A stretch of 64,000 nt of DNA from Lama glama (GCA_028534125.1 CM052816.1:37140001-37204000); one strand, 5' to 3'. Positions 36,850 through 49,924 are shown, numbered from the stretch's first letter. Notes: a model not told the origin generated them from the letters alone. A program made the numbers and translations.

Positions 36850-38500
36850 TCAGTCAGTTACTCATTTGGCACATGTTTATTGAACAGTAGCTGTGTTTTG
36901 GCAATTTTCTAAGATCAGGTAAAACCATGATAAATAATTAAAGCTCCATTCCCTATGAGATGTTTCATTAGTATCTAAGAAAAGAAAAAAGATAAAAAGA
37001 CAGCTAAAATATGTTGTGATGGGTATAAAGGAAGTAGATAACATGAGATAACATTGAAGTATCCTCTAATCTAGGCTAGACTTGGTCTAAACTAGATTGT
37101 ATGTTGCATGTTATCCTAGAATAAACGATACCTAAGAGAAGACCTGTATTACAAGCTCTAGGTAGATGGATTTAGAGAAATGGAAACTGTATACTAGAGA
37201 GAGGAAACAGCACGTACCCTAAACCAGAGGGAAACAATGGAATGCTTAAATAACTGATAAATGTTAAGCATGCAAGATAGGAGAACTGTGAGAGATGAGA
37301 GTGGAAAGGTAAGTAGGAGTCAGATTTTACCATATCTGGATGTTAGCATGTGAGTGATGGGGAGCCAGTGAATGGCTTTTTAAATAAAAAAAAAAATCCA
37401 ATCAAATGTATGTTTTTGGAGGCTTCACTCTGTACACAGTGTAGAGATTGAATTGGAGAGGGGAAAGATTTCTTTGGAGGAAAACTGTTGAAGTAATTCA
37501 AATGAAGGATGTCAGTTATCTAAACTAGTATGGTTCTTAAAAATTGGAGAACTGTTTAGCAAAAGAAATTTATAGAACCTGGTAATTGAAAGGATTTTTC
37601 TTTCTTTCTTTCTTTTTATTTATTTTTTGCCTTCACTGCTAGCTTTATGGTCCAGAATGTACAGTGAAAAATAATTACACCTCAAGAAAATTCCCAGTGC
37701 CCTTGGTGAGGAGTTGACTCAGATGCAATGCCCTGTAAAGTCCTGCTATCTGGCTAGGAAAAGAATAAAAGGTCGTAATCTTCAGCCTGGGCACAACCTT
37801 CATTCTGTCAGGAGGGTAAAGGAGATGCTTCCTACCTTCCATGCTGCCCCTTAATGATGGCAAGAGCAGGTCTATCATCAGCCTGGTCATTGAAGGGATA
37901 TAAGTCAAAGATGGCTGCCAGTATTATATGTATTTTTATTTGTTTATGTGGATGGGATTACTATCATTCTGCTTATGAATCACATTGGGAGGAACAGATT
38001 TTTTGGAGAAGATAATGAGTTTTCTTGTAGATCAGTTAAATTTAAGGTGGCCTTGGGTATCCAAGTAAAGATATTTAACTGTTTAGCTGAAAATGTATAG
38101 GCAAAATGTACTGACGAAGGGCTTAGATGATATTTGCCAAGGAGAGTCTAGATCAGAAGAGAAAAGAAAGAGGTAAGAAAAAAGTCAAGAATGATGACAA
38201 AGAAGGAACTGCCACAGAAATGTGAAGTGAACCAGGAAAACTTAGTTATCATCAGATCCAGGTAAGAGAATACTCCAAGAAGGAGTGTTGTCAATGCCAC
38301 TGAGAATTCAAGAAAGATAATAATGGAAATTGGGTTTAGTAACAACAAAAATATTGATAACTTGCAAGAATATTTTTCGGAGTTATCGTAAGTATAGTAG
38401 CCAAATTCTAAAGGGTGGTTCAGAGAGTGGGAAGTTAACAGGTAGAAAAAGCAAATTTAAATTAACACAACACTACCTGAAAGTTTGGCTGGTGAATTAG
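36850..38500 (-). mobile_element. Long degraded L2, interrupted at ~37595-37925
   Basis: L2 3' terminus ctcatttggcacatgtttattgaacag; internal gagatgagagtggaaaggtaagtaggagtcagat, gatggggagccagtgaatggctttt, gaagataatgagttttc, tgtcaatgccactgagaattcaagaaagat. Confidence 0.7.
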
Positions 38501-39399
38501 CAATAAGAGAGAAAGCAGGAGTAAATAGAATCACAGGGAGCAATTAGCTTTACGTAAACTCTCCTTCTACTCAATTTCCTTTTCCTCTAGTTTGTCTTCT
38601 CAGAAGGGTTTATCTTTACATTATCCTCCAACTAAATATTATCAGTAGTAGATCCTCTTTGCCTCCAAGTAACCTGGAATACAGATGCAACCAGATGCAT
38701 ATTAAATGATAATCAAGTAGGGTAAACACCATCAATGTTTAGAATACTACCTCAGCCATTGGCTGAATGGGAATGACAAGGGTCCAGATAAAATTTAAAG
38801 CACTGCTTTACTTTTAAAGTGTCACTGGATTTTGTATCCCAGGGCTCTATTCTGCCACACAAAGGTACTACCTTAGTACCTAGGTCTTTAGGGGATGACC
38901 TTTCTAGGCAGGTGGAAGATGTCCCTTATGAACATTCCCCACCTCCAGTTTCCATTCTCCTAATCTTCTTGGGTCCCTCTTCTTTAAGCAAACATCCTCC
39001 CCTTATTTCTGATAGTCTCAGACATGCATTCCTTCTAGAGATGCCCTAACTCTCCATATAGAATGATGAAATTCCTATTTCTCAGTCCTTTCTTCTGTTT
39101 TATAATACCCTAGTCTTTATTACCTGCTAATTCCAACTAGTTTCTTTTGGCATCTTAAAAGGGAAGCAGTGCTTACATAGCAATGAGAGTGGCTCTCCAT
39201 GCAAATATTGAGTTCTGTTTTTTTCATGGGAGGGGAAACATGCTGGGGACTTCCATGTCCTAGGGAGAATGTTTGTTTTCCATCTTTTATGTGAAATAAA
39301 ATAGAGGTTAACATCACTATGTAACATGGCTTCTCATTTAGAGGAGAAAGAGAAAATGCTTCTATATCACAACAGAAAAGAAAGAGCATGAGGTAAAAG

Positions 39400-39595
39400 G
39401 CCTTACACTACCTCTCATTCATCGTTTTGTAATCTTGGACAAATTACTTAATGTCTCTGATAATCAATTCTTTTGATCAGTAAAATAGGGACAAGAATAA
39501 TGTTTACTCAGGAAGACAGTGGTAAGAATAAAAATGACAATGTAAAAAGTTCCTAGTACATGGTAAACTCTAAATAACCATTATACATTATTACT
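39400..39595 (+). mobile_element. MIR SINE
   Basis: tgtaatcttggacaaattacttaatgtctctga...cagtaaaatagggacaagaata...cctagtacatggtaaactctaaataa. Confidence 0.75.
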
Positions 39596-40701
39596 GATGA
39601 CTTTCACTCTTAGAAAGTAATAATCTTACTTTCAAACTCACAGTGCTAAAAGAACCTTTACCACATTTTCGCCTAAACTAAGCTTTAAAGTTTCTTTAGG
39701 TCAAAAATGGTCAAATATTGATTTCATATTATTCAATCTAATATTATTTAAAAATGAACAATGCCACATGTTTGACCATGAGATAGTAGTAAGGAGTGTT
39801 TTGAAGGAATATATTTCCACTTTCCTACCAGCCTTAGGAGGCAAGAGAGCTTCTTTTATAAAAGAAGGACAGAAAAAAGATATTTGCTAGTGTGGTAAGG
39901 GTAGTAGCCAATTGCTAAAAGGTTATCTATTGAGTAGGTTAACATATTATATCTTTACAATTTAAAAATTGTGTTTATGGTTTTATTTGGGTCTGAATTT
40001 GTTATAAAATTAAGCATTAGTAAAATTCAGAGTATATAGTAAGCTTTATTTCTCATGCATATCTTTCATGATTTAAACACATTATTAGTTGATATTAATG
40101 CATTTTCCTGAAGATCAATGTAACTTTTCTGGAGAATCTGGTCATTTTAATGACACTAAACCTCATTCTAATAGTGCCCCAGATGGAACTCCCTTTTAAG
40201 CATTGGCCTGCAATAAATATTAAATTGAGTAATTATGGACACAAACTTCTAATTGTTCTCTCTGATAACAGAATAAGAAAGCACTCAATTGGGCATAGCA
40301 CTTTAGATATAATTTAATGGAAAATGTAATTTTCAATACATATTTCTCTGTGGTCATAAGGAAGCAAAATGGGAAATAAATGTTCTTTATTCAACGATTA
40401 AAGTTTTAATGTGATTTCCAATAATTAACTTGAAATTCCCCAACGAATATACCTCAGTCAACAAGTACACTTCTCAAGCTTTCTTCTCCTAGAGTCTATG
40501 ACCTTTTGTTCAGGAAACTAATGTTTAAAAGTACCAAGCAAATTTTCAGCCAGAATTTTACTATTCTTGAGGTGGGAGAACACACAGGAGAAAGAAGACC
40601 CTAGGATTAAACCCAAACTCAGATAGACACTCTATGGTACTATCTAACATTATGCAGAGCCTACTAGGATTCATCTGTTAAGAATAGGACAGCATATTAA
40701 G

Positions 40702-40730
40702 CACACACACATACACACATACACACACAC
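40702..40730. repeat. Imperfect (CA)n microsatellite
   Basis: Direct reading. Confidence 0.85.
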
Positions 40731-41141
40731 CCCTTTCAGCTACTGTTTCTGCTCCCTTCAGCCTTTCAGCAAGTTACTTTCTCTTGGGCTCTGGTTTTCT
40801 CAGTTAACTTTTCTTATGAAAGAATCTGTAGTGCCCCTCTCCACCTTCATCTTCTATAAAGGAGGGATTCTTATAATGAATATATATTCTGCTGTTAAAT
40901 TTTTAATAGTGTAATGCAGATTTGTTGAGTGCCAGTTAGATAAGGGGAAATGTTATATAACACATAGAGAAGAGTATTATGGAAAATGGTAGTGCAAGAA
41001 TGAATGAAACATTTTTCTCTTAAACCACAACTCAAAAGTTTGAGTGTTACTTAGTGTAAGTGCAGGATTCAGGTCTTAGGAAAAATTTAAATCCATTAGT
41101 TTTATGAAAACACATACCTGCCTCTTATTTGGCAACTTGTT

Positions 41142-41219
41142 AGAAAGAAAGAAAATCAATAAAAAAAAGAAGGAACAAAGGAAGGAAGGAAGAAAGGAAG
41201 GAAGGAAGAAAGGAAAGAA
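41142..41219. repeat. (GGAA)n/(GAAA)n purine repeat
   Basis: Direct reading. Confidence 0.85.
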
Positions 41220-42609
41220 TCAAGCAAGCTAGATATGAAATGTTGCAAAATAATGCCTCACTGAATAAAATTATGTACTAAGTTTTGGAATATTAATAGA
41301 GAGCGGAGAGAACCTCCACTTCTGTCTGCTAGTTGCAAGGGCAGAAAGGTCTCAGATGTGTCTAACTCTCAGTGGATAAATCAACCCCAATTTTAAAAAG
41401 GATTTTTTACCCTTAAAAGGTCTACCTCTGTGCCACAATAAATGGTTTGGGGATTATCTAACCCTCTGGATTATCTGCACCATTAGTGAGGATAATAAAG
41501 AGCTGACTGCATTTTGCATTGAAATAGCACGGTCTGTTACGCTTATGAATAGCCTGAGAATGAAGCATTGGAAAGTCTTTCTTGCTGCATTTATGCACAG
41601 CAGTTTAACTGACTGCAGCGTGGTTGATAGGATTTTTAGGTTGTTTACAACTGATGGTACATCCATCACTTATTCAATGATTAGTTTCAAAATTATCAAA
41701 ATTGATTATAGTGGATATTTATACAGATATGGTCTCAAGAAACTCTTAATTTCTATTCTTCAAAACAATGAGGTATTATTTCACAAATGTCTTGTCTTGG
41801 GTTTCTGTGTTTCAGTTTTCTTGGAAAGAACTAGTTGTCATTTTTGCCCTCCTCCTGTTTTCAATGGCATCAAAAGGAATTACCAAATACTAATAATTTT
41901 TTAAAAATTTATTTTAAGTAATATAAAGGAAACCAATCTCAGTTACCAGCATTTAAAACTCTGATAGATTGGCAGAAATACATTTTCCCTAAAACTATTC
42001 CAAGCATTTCTGCTTATGGAAATCATAAAAACTTAAATGAGTTTTTTCCCCCTAAACATTACCACATGTCTAGGACTTAAATATCCCTATTAAACTTATG
42101 ATAGAGATAAAATTCCTTTGTGTTCTTCTCCAAAGCTATTTTTGTTATTTTTTCATGGTCCACGAATCATAGTGATGCTGGAGAAAATGGCATTCTTCAC
42201 TCACTAAATCAGGCATGAATTTGCAATGGTATTTCATGCAGAATGTCTGGCATAGATCATATTACTCTTTCTAATTTTAAAGTTTTAAAAATAACTGTAC
42301 AGTGTTTTATTTCTTTAAAAAAAAAACCCAAGTACTAGGAAATCTTGAATGGTAATATTAACTACATCATTTATCTCACAATGATAATATTTAATTAGAA
42401 ATAGCCTTTAGTGCATGTTTCTGCATTTATAAGGAAATAATAAAAACAAAATTTGGATACTGCTGTCACTAAAGAGGTTTATATAAATGACTTTAGGAGA
42501 CATTTCCCCTGTATCACAAAGTTCATTCATTCAGTATTATTCCGTTCATTTATTCTTATCTTCATAGAACTTACATTCTAGTGGGGTAGGTAAACTGTAA
42601 ACAATAAAC

Positions 42610-42800
42610 TACTCTGCTTCCAACTTGAACAAAATACCACAGTTTAGAGTGGGAAATCTTGTTTCCTGAGCGGCTGCCAGACAATGCAACCCAGCAGGGT
42701 GGGAGAAGTTAACCCTCTGAAGAATGAATTTTACTCAGGGCAAACTGAAGATGGTAAAGAAGTAGGCAGATAATATTCTTCTCATTTCTCCTTTCCATGT
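42610..42800 (+). mobile_element. ERVL LTR fragment (LTR40/LTR50-like)
   Basis: gagaagttaaccctctg...ggcagataatattcttctcatttctcc resembles recalled LTR40-family sequence. Confidence 0.45.
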
Positions 42801-42849
42801 ATTATTATCAAAGAGAGCAAAATTATCTTTAGATTGAGGGTGAAAAAAG

Positions 42850-43630
42850 TTTTAGACCAACAAAACCCGAGAGGATTTAGTATCGATAGATTTGGGAGGT
42901 AAGATCAGAACAGTGTTACAGAGGAAATCTATTTGGAGGTAGAAAATATACAGTGTCCTCTTTTGGAGAAACCAGTATATGACTTTATCCTTTAAATTGT
43001 AAACTTTTAGAAGTATTTTGTAGTCAGGAGGCAGACTTGTAATGTGTTCTTTGGTTTCTACAGTAAGAATCTGGACACAAAGCCTTAGGCATTATATGCC
43101 AGCTAAGCAGCAGTTCAAGTTGTCAGTCTATACCTTGTATGGCATGTTAGGCCACAGGCTAGTAGCTGGTTCAGTTAGTCACACGCCTCAGACAGTTAGT
43201 GCTGAACTCAAAAGAGCTGAAGATCTCACTTAAGGAAAATCTAACATCTCAGGAAAGACAGAGGCTATTTGTCTAAGCAACTAAATAGAGGCCTTAATCC
43301 TAATCAAATGTTGGGCCATGGAGACCTCAAAGACACATCTCTTATTGCAGAATGAGTACATGCCAGTCACCTGGGCCTCAGTAAAGGTGGTTCATGGAGG
43401 CCATCTTAGCCAAATGGAGGAGAACATCATGTGAAATTATGCAGGTGCAACTACATCTGGAATCACAAGCCTGGCAGAGATGGTATCACATCTTTTTAGG
43501 TATAATTGAACAGAATAGAATTTGTGACTCTAAAACTGAAGGCAGCTGGATTTTGCCTGAACTAATAGCACTTAGCTTTAAACTGTCAGTGACTGTGATA
43601 GACAGCTCACATCTTACATTTTATTGACTA
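42850..43630 (+). mobile_element. Putative very decayed LTR-retroelement pol (tether/RNase H) remnant
   Basis: Collinear peptide echoes in shifting frames: FGFYSKNL (43050-43073), RHYMPAKQQ, AEDLT, AILAKW, DSKTEGSWILPELIAL...VIDSSH. Compare the recalled ERV-L/retroviral GFWSKAL..YSPFEKQL, ETERLT, IIKWK/LAKW, AELIAL..YTDS. Confidence 0.4.
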
Positions 43631-43916
43631 GGTTGAATAGAAAACAAAGACAGTTCATATAGGACCTTGAGGCAATTCAACATTACATCACCAAGCAACG
43701 AGACCATAAAAAATTCTTTTTAGAGCATCTTCTCCAGAGGCTAATGTTTGAATTGTTTTGTAAAAATGATGAACATGGGGGCCAGCGATCTGATTTCTGT
43801 TTATCTTAGGTATGCTATTATCTTTTGGGGGCTCTATAAAAAGCAAAGCACAGAGATATCAACTTCTAGGTACAATAGGGCTGCTTAAAAAAAAAAAAAA
43901 GACAAAGTACAAATGT

Positions 43917-43917
<1 letters not shown>

Positions 43918-43950
<33 letters not shown>
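43918..43950. repeat. (TG)n microsatellite
   Basis: Direct reading. Confidence 0.95.
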
Positions 43951-43952
<2 letters not shown>

Positions 43953-43964
43953 CCCATACCCATT

Positions 43965-44190
43965 TCACAGGTCATGTTCCCTAGGGATCAGACTGAGACA
44001 ATAGACAATACCTGGAAGGGAGTAAAAGAATCGTAACTGAGCAGCGGAAGAATTGGCCTCCTATGAAGTTGTAACAAATGCCTCTGCCAAACCCATAGAG
44101 AACTTTGGAGCTAGAATTTTGTTGTGCTGAAATATCCTAACTTCCGTCAGGTTTGTTTGCCGAGTCTGTCTTTGTGTCCCCCTGCCTTTA
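43965..44190 (-). mobile_element. ERVL LTR fragment, LTR16A-like
   Basis: gttccctagggatcagactgaga...atgaagttgtaacaaatgcctctgccaaacccatagagaactttggagctag is collinear with the recalled LTR16A. Confidence 0.6.
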
Positions 44191-44319
44191 CTGCACAATT
44201 TACATTGTAGAAAAGAATGGTAAAATTATGCATATTATACTACATATAGTTAATAATATTTATATACACAAAGTGTGTGTGTGTGTGTGTGCGTGTGTGT
44301 AAAGGACCTAAAACTTCTG

Positions 44320-45965
44320 AATCGACCAGAAACAGGGAAGCAAAAGCAAAAATTCAAGAATTCCAGAAAAAGGAGGAACTGCAAAGAGGAGAAGTAAATG
44401 ATACCTATTTCCACTTCAACAATTGCCAATTTTTGTTTAAAAAAAAGAAATCCTAATAAATGGAGCATTTGAATGAATACATGTGTACCTCATGCATATC
44501 TAGTCATTCAATTTATGTCAAAGATGTTACTGCAAATAAAAAGAAAGGCATGATCTCTTCATTAAATGGTGCTGAGTCAAATAGATATCAGTCTGTAGAG
44601 AAGGATGAATGAATGCTGACTGATTCCACTTTTACTCTACAGAGAAAAAAGTTAATTTCAGAGAGATTGAAAATCTAAATAATAATGATAAATTTATAAA
44701 TGTTTTAGAGGAAAATGTTGAAAAATATTTCTATAATTTCATGAGCATTGGGTAGACAAAGATTTCTTGAAAGAACAGAAAAATTCTAACTTTAAAGAAA
44801 AAAGTAATTGGACTATTTTAAGGTAAAGAAATTTTATCTATTTTTTAATTAAAACATTGAGGAGGCAAACCAAAATTTTAGAGAACATAATAAGAATGCA
44901 CCAATAATGGAATTGTACCAGAATATAGTTAGAACTCTATAAGAAAATGGTAGATAATCCATGTAAAAAGATAACAGAAATGTTGAATTTCACACAAGAT
45001 GCTTTCCAAAGGCCTCTTACATATGAAAAGATGTTCAATTTCTCTATTCATCAAATAAATGAATTATGGCCATAGTATAATGCCAGCACATATTGATCAG
45101 AATGATTACATTTAAAAAGACAGGCAATATTAAGTTTTGGCAAGAAAGTGGAGAAACTGAAAATACTATTCACTGCTTGGAAAGAGAAATTTGGTATGGC
45201 CAGTTAAGGAAAGTCTTTGGCAGTATCTATTGCAGTTAAACATAAAATATAGCTTATGATCATGAAATTATATTCTTAAACATACACTAAATTGAAATGT
45301 GAATATAGATCACCAAAAGACATATATAAAAATATATATATATATATTTTATTAAAAATAGCTCCAACTAGAGACAAAATGTCCACCAACTATAGAATGG
45401 ATATATAAATTATAGTATGTTCACAAAATGAAATTCTCTATGGAAATGAAAATCAATGAGCTCTTGATCTATGTTTCAATATAGATGATCTTTTTTTTTT
45501 TTGGTGGGGGGCGTTAATTAGGTTTATTTATTTATTTTATTATTATTATTATTTTTAATGGAGGTACTGGAGATTGAACCCAGGACCTTGTGCATGCTAG
45601 ACATGTGCTCTACCACTTGAGCTATACCTTCCACCTGTTTCAATACAGATGAAAGAGCATACTTTTGAGAATGAAGCCAAACACAAAAGAATATATACTA
45701 TATGAGCCCACTTATATGAATTTCAAACATATACAAATCTAAACTATGATGTTAAATATGAGAGAAGTGGTTTTCTGGGCAAGAGGTAAGGAAGCAGTGA
45801 CCAAGTGGAACATGTTGAGGGTTTCTAGTTGTCAGTGATACCTCATTCTTTTAATTGGGGTGTGTACTAATTATATGAGATATTAATGTCATGAAAATGT
45901 ATTAAGCTGTGTACATATATATATATATATTTTTCTGTATGCCAGTTAAACTTGAATAATATTTT
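44320..45965 (+). mobile_element. Old LINE-1 (L1ME-like) 3' region, interrupted by the SINE
   Basis: aaatggtgctgagtcaa, gggtagacaaagatttcttga, atatgaaaagatgttcaatttc, tttggcagtatctattg, aaatgtccaccaactatagaatggata, cacaaaagaatatatacta. Confidence 0.75.
45489..45635 (-). mobile_element. Vic-1-like camelid tRNA-derived SINE with TSD
   Basis: Minus strand ggtggaaggtatagctcaagtggtagagcacatgtctagcatgcacaaggtcctgggttcaatctccagtacctcc contains pol III A and B boxes, then an AT-rich tract, ...aaacctaattaacgcccccc and an A-tail. Flanked by tgtttcaatatagatga (45472-45488) and tgtttcaatacagatga (45636-45652). Confidence 0.9.
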
Positions 45966-46699
45966 ACCAAAAAATAAGAGGAATGTAAGAGCAATGGGGA
46001 TGGAATAATCCACATTATAAAATCTTAAAATAATTATACATAATTTCACAAAACAGAGTGCTGCAGCTGCAGAAAGAATTACAGCCCTGTTTAGGCTCAA
46101 GAAAGTCTCAGGCTAAGGCAAGAAGAATAAGAATTTGAGCATTAATTTAATTGCATACCTTTTAAGTCAGAAGAAGAGAGATTTTTAGAGGGGTTTATAT
46201 TATATTTTAACTTGGACTCTTTTGGTTAACACTGTATTGTTGGAAGTATATACACACACACATATGTATAAATGCAGAAGCAAGGCTATATGGCTGGACA
46301 TATCTGCAAAGGATAATATAGAGAGTGAATAGTCAGTCTTGGGTACAGAGGGGTTTTGTAATTAATTAATGTACTATTTAGATTAATTTTAGGGCTTCTG
46401 GAAGCAAAATGATTATCTTCCATCACTCCCAGAAATTTCAAAGAAATATTGATTGATAATGGAGGTATGATCACATGAAGGTGGGGACAAATATCCTGAG
46501 AGATTGCTGATCTCTTCTCACAAATGAGATGACCATAGTCCTGTTGACTGTATGCTGATGGTTAAGGACAGAGAGTAAATAAAATAAAATGCTAGTACAG
46601 TTATAGGATTATACTTCTTCCCAAATATTTATTTGTATTTTAAAATAGGTTGAATGAAGTTCTCAGTCATGCCAAGGATGAAACAAATACTTTGGTCAG

Positions 46700-47545
46700 A
46701 CTTTCTTTGATTTATATGAGTAAGTTTTTGATCTCAGTATATGGGTAGATTTCTGAAAACATAAAAATAGAAAACTGTACAATAACATTGTAAATAACTT
46801 CGTGTTAAAATTAAGTGGTTATGTCCATTAAGTTGATAGTAGAAAAGGTAAAAGAAAAGAAAAATTGAGAACATTGTTTGTAATTATGTGATTAAGGGTT
46901 GTTATCTTGATTACATAAAAATTCTCAAAATTCTTTTAAGAAAGGTAGCTTTCTAATAATGAAGTGGGCAAAGCAAATTGATAGTCATTCCAAAGAAGAG
47001 AAAATATGAATGGCCAATGAAATATTAAAAGATACCTAAACATCATTTTAATAATCTAGAAATATAAATTAAAACAATATACATATCACAATATATGATA
47101 CCATTTTACTGAAATTAAAAAAACTTGAAAGTCAAACAACACCAGTTTAGCCAACTTTAACAATATGGAACAATGTGAATTAGTCAATGCTATTGTGGTT
47201 CATGAGATTGTCCTTTGATACAACCATTTGGAAGACAATATGCAATATATCAGACGTTTGAAATTGTGCAGTCCATCAAATCCCTAAATTCACTCCTAGA
47301 ATTATACACTATACCAAAACCTTTGTACATGTGTAATCCAAAATAAGTAAAAGAATGTTCATATCAATACATCAGCATAGATAATAATAGCAGAAACCTG
47401 GACACAATCCAAATGCCAATCAAGATCACATTGGATAAATAAGTATGGTCTGCCAATTCAAAGGGCTGCTATATTGCAGTAAGAATGCATGCTCTATTAT
47501 GTTGTAAAGCTTGAAATGATCTTATAATTGTGATTATGATAGCAT
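46700..47545 (+). mobile_element. Old LINE-1 (L1ME-like) fragment
   Basis: aagtgggcaaagcaaattgatagtcattccaaagaagagaaaatatgaatggccaatgaa; aattcactcctagaattatac; aaacctggacacaatccaaatgcca. Confidence 0.7.
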
Positions 47546-47769
47546 CAAGAAAAGAAAATGGCTAGGTATACATTTTGTGTCCAGATGGAGAAAACATAAA
47601 AAAAAAAAAAACCCTCTTGTTCAAAAGTGAGTTCTACAACTGAAAATATAAACCATGATTTTTGGTAAGAAGATAGCAAAATTGAGATATCAATTTTACC
47701 AATATTCATTAGGAGTTTTAATATTAATATAATTAATTGTAATACCTAAATTTATATACTTTAAAATAT

Positions 47770-47975
47770 TTTAGGCATAATTCTGTATCTTAATATATAT
47801 GAATTTGTGCAATCCTCCAAATAATCCTAAGAGATAGATAGTATCACTGCTATCACTATTTATAGATATGCAAACTGAGGCACAGAGAAATTAAATAACT
47901 TGCTGGATAGTGTAAATGCTGAGATTGAAATAGGATTTAATCTATAATCTGTGCTCTTAATCACAACAATATGCT
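47770..47975 (-). mobile_element. MIR SINE
   Basis: tatagatatgcaaactgaggcacagagaaattaaataacttgc...tgtgctcttaatcac. Confidence 0.8.
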
Positions 47976-47989
47976 AAGTCTGTGACTAA

Positions 47990-49210
47990 AAAGAAAGAAA
48001 GACCATTTTCTTTTCATGAAGTAGACAACTCCTAATATATAAATTGTAAAATGAATAATTAAGAATATTCATAAAGGAATTTTAAAAAAAGAATAAAAAG
48101 AGTGAAATAGCCTTTCCTAAACATATTATAAATCTTCAATAATTGAAACTTGAATTTGGCACATGAACAGACAGAAAAAATTGAACAGAATAGAAAATCC
48201 AGGAACAGACCCAATTATACATAGTGTTTTAGAATGCAGTAAAGGTCTGTCTCAAGTCTACAGTGTAAAATTAGACTTTTTGAATAAATGATATTTAGAC
48301 ATCTGGTTAGTCATATGGAAAAGATAAATTTTGTTTCCTACTTCACCAAATTGTACATCAGGACAAATTCCAAATGGATTAAAACTTAAATTAAAAATAT
48401 GGAATAATAAAAGTACCAGAAGTAAATATGGATATATACTTTTGGGGAGAAAAGAACAAAAAATTTGGAACACTATGAGCATTTTAAAAATGCAACACAA
48501 AACCTGTAAGTCGTAAGTTAAAGACTGATAATATTTATTACACTAAAAATCTAAAAAGCAAAATACTATAAGTGAATGAATAGGTTAATGACATATTGGC
48601 AAAAAATTATTGGCATCTCATCAGACAAAAAGGCTGTCTTAATATACACAAGACTTCAGGAAATGAACAAGAAAAACTCAAAATCCAATCAAATAAAAAG
48701 CAGGAAAGGACATACATGGACATTCCACAGAAAGAAAGATAAATGGTTCTAAAACATATAAAATATGCTCACACTCAATCATAATCAGAAAAATGCAGAT
48801 TAATCTACAGTGAGATGCTATTTTCATTCAATGGATCAGGAGAAATGCAGACTTTGACAATATATTTGATGGCAACATTACAGAGATACAGCCTTTCTCA
48901 CTAATTTTGGGGGTGAATCTAAAATGCTGTAATGCCTATGCAGCATATTTTGCAAAAAATATATCAAAATATTAAAAAGGAATTTGTCTACCCACTTGGC
49001 CCAATAATCTCACTTTTGGAAATTTATTTTTCCTATATATCTACCAGTTTACAAAGTGACATTCAATAGTATTTATTGCAGAATTATTTATAATTACAGA
49101 GTTTTGGAAACAATAATCCATCACTTTAATCATTTCCATCAATTTGGCCAATAGGGCACAATTTCTATAAAATACATATCATATACAAAATAAAATACTG
49201 TGTAGCTATA
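47990..49210 (+). mobile_element. Old LINE-1 (L1ME-like) ORF2 3' fragment
   Basis: ggcacatgaacagacaga...aacagaatagaaaatccaggaacagaccca; aattccaaatggattaaa; aaatatgctcacactcaatcataatcagaaaaatgcagatt. Confidence 0.72.
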
Positions 49211-49270
49211 GTGCTTCATTAGATTTCCTAGTTTTAATGTAAATGATATTAAAATTAAAGAATCATAAAA

Positions 49271-49424
49271 ATTTTTTTTTAAATTTTTTTTTCTTTTTAA
49301 CATTTTTTATTGATTTATAATCATTTTACAATGTTGTGTCAAATTCCAGCGTTCAGCACAATTTTTCAGTCATTCATGGACATATACACACTCATTGTCA
49401 CATTTTTTTCTCTGTGATTTATCA
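49271..49424 (-). mobile_element. Young camelid-type LINE-1 3' end running into the assembly gap
   Basis: T-rich tail then ttttttattgatttataatcattttacaatgttgtgtcaaattccagcgttcagcacaatttttcagtcatt. Confidence 0.75.
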
Positions 49425-49924
49425 NNNNNNNNNNNNNNNNNNNNNNNNNNNNNNNNNNNNNNNNNNNNNNNNNNNNNNNNNNNNNNNNNNNNNNNNNNNN
49501 NNNNNNNNNNNNNNNNNNNNNNNNNNNNNNNNNNNNNNNNNNNNNNNNNNNNNNNNNNNNNNNNNNNNNNNNNNNNNNNNNNNNNNNNNNNNNNNNNNNN
49601 NNNNNNNNNNNNNNNNNNNNNNNNNNNNNNNNNNNNNNNNNNNNNNNNNNNNNNNNNNNNNNNNNNNNNNNNNNNNNNNNNNNNNNNNNNNNNNNNNNNN
49701 NNNNNNNNNNNNNNNNNNNNNNNNNNNNNNNNNNNNNNNNNNNNNNNNNNNNNNNNNNNNNNNNNNNNNNNNNNNNNNNNNNNNNNNNNNNNNNNNNNNN
49801 NNNNNNNNNNNNNNNNNNNNNNNNNNNNNNNNNNNNNNNNNNNNNNNNNNNNNNNNNNNNNNNNNNNNNNNNNNNNNNNNNNNNNNNNNNNNNNNNNNNN
49901 NNNNNNNNNNNNNNNNNNNNNNNN
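49425..49924. other. Assembly gap (500 N)
   Basis: Direct reading. Confidence 1.

Noticed and set aside
37068..37098. Small hairpin aatctag...ctagatt
   Set aside because: Short, imperfect and inside a decayed L2; too small for a pre-miRNA and expected by chance.
41545..41904. 119-aa plus-strand ORF
   Set aside because: No recognisable domain, AT-driven composition and no supporting gene structure.
45560..45635. tRNA gene
   Set aside because: It is the tRNA-derived head of the SINE, with SINE body, A-tail and TSD.
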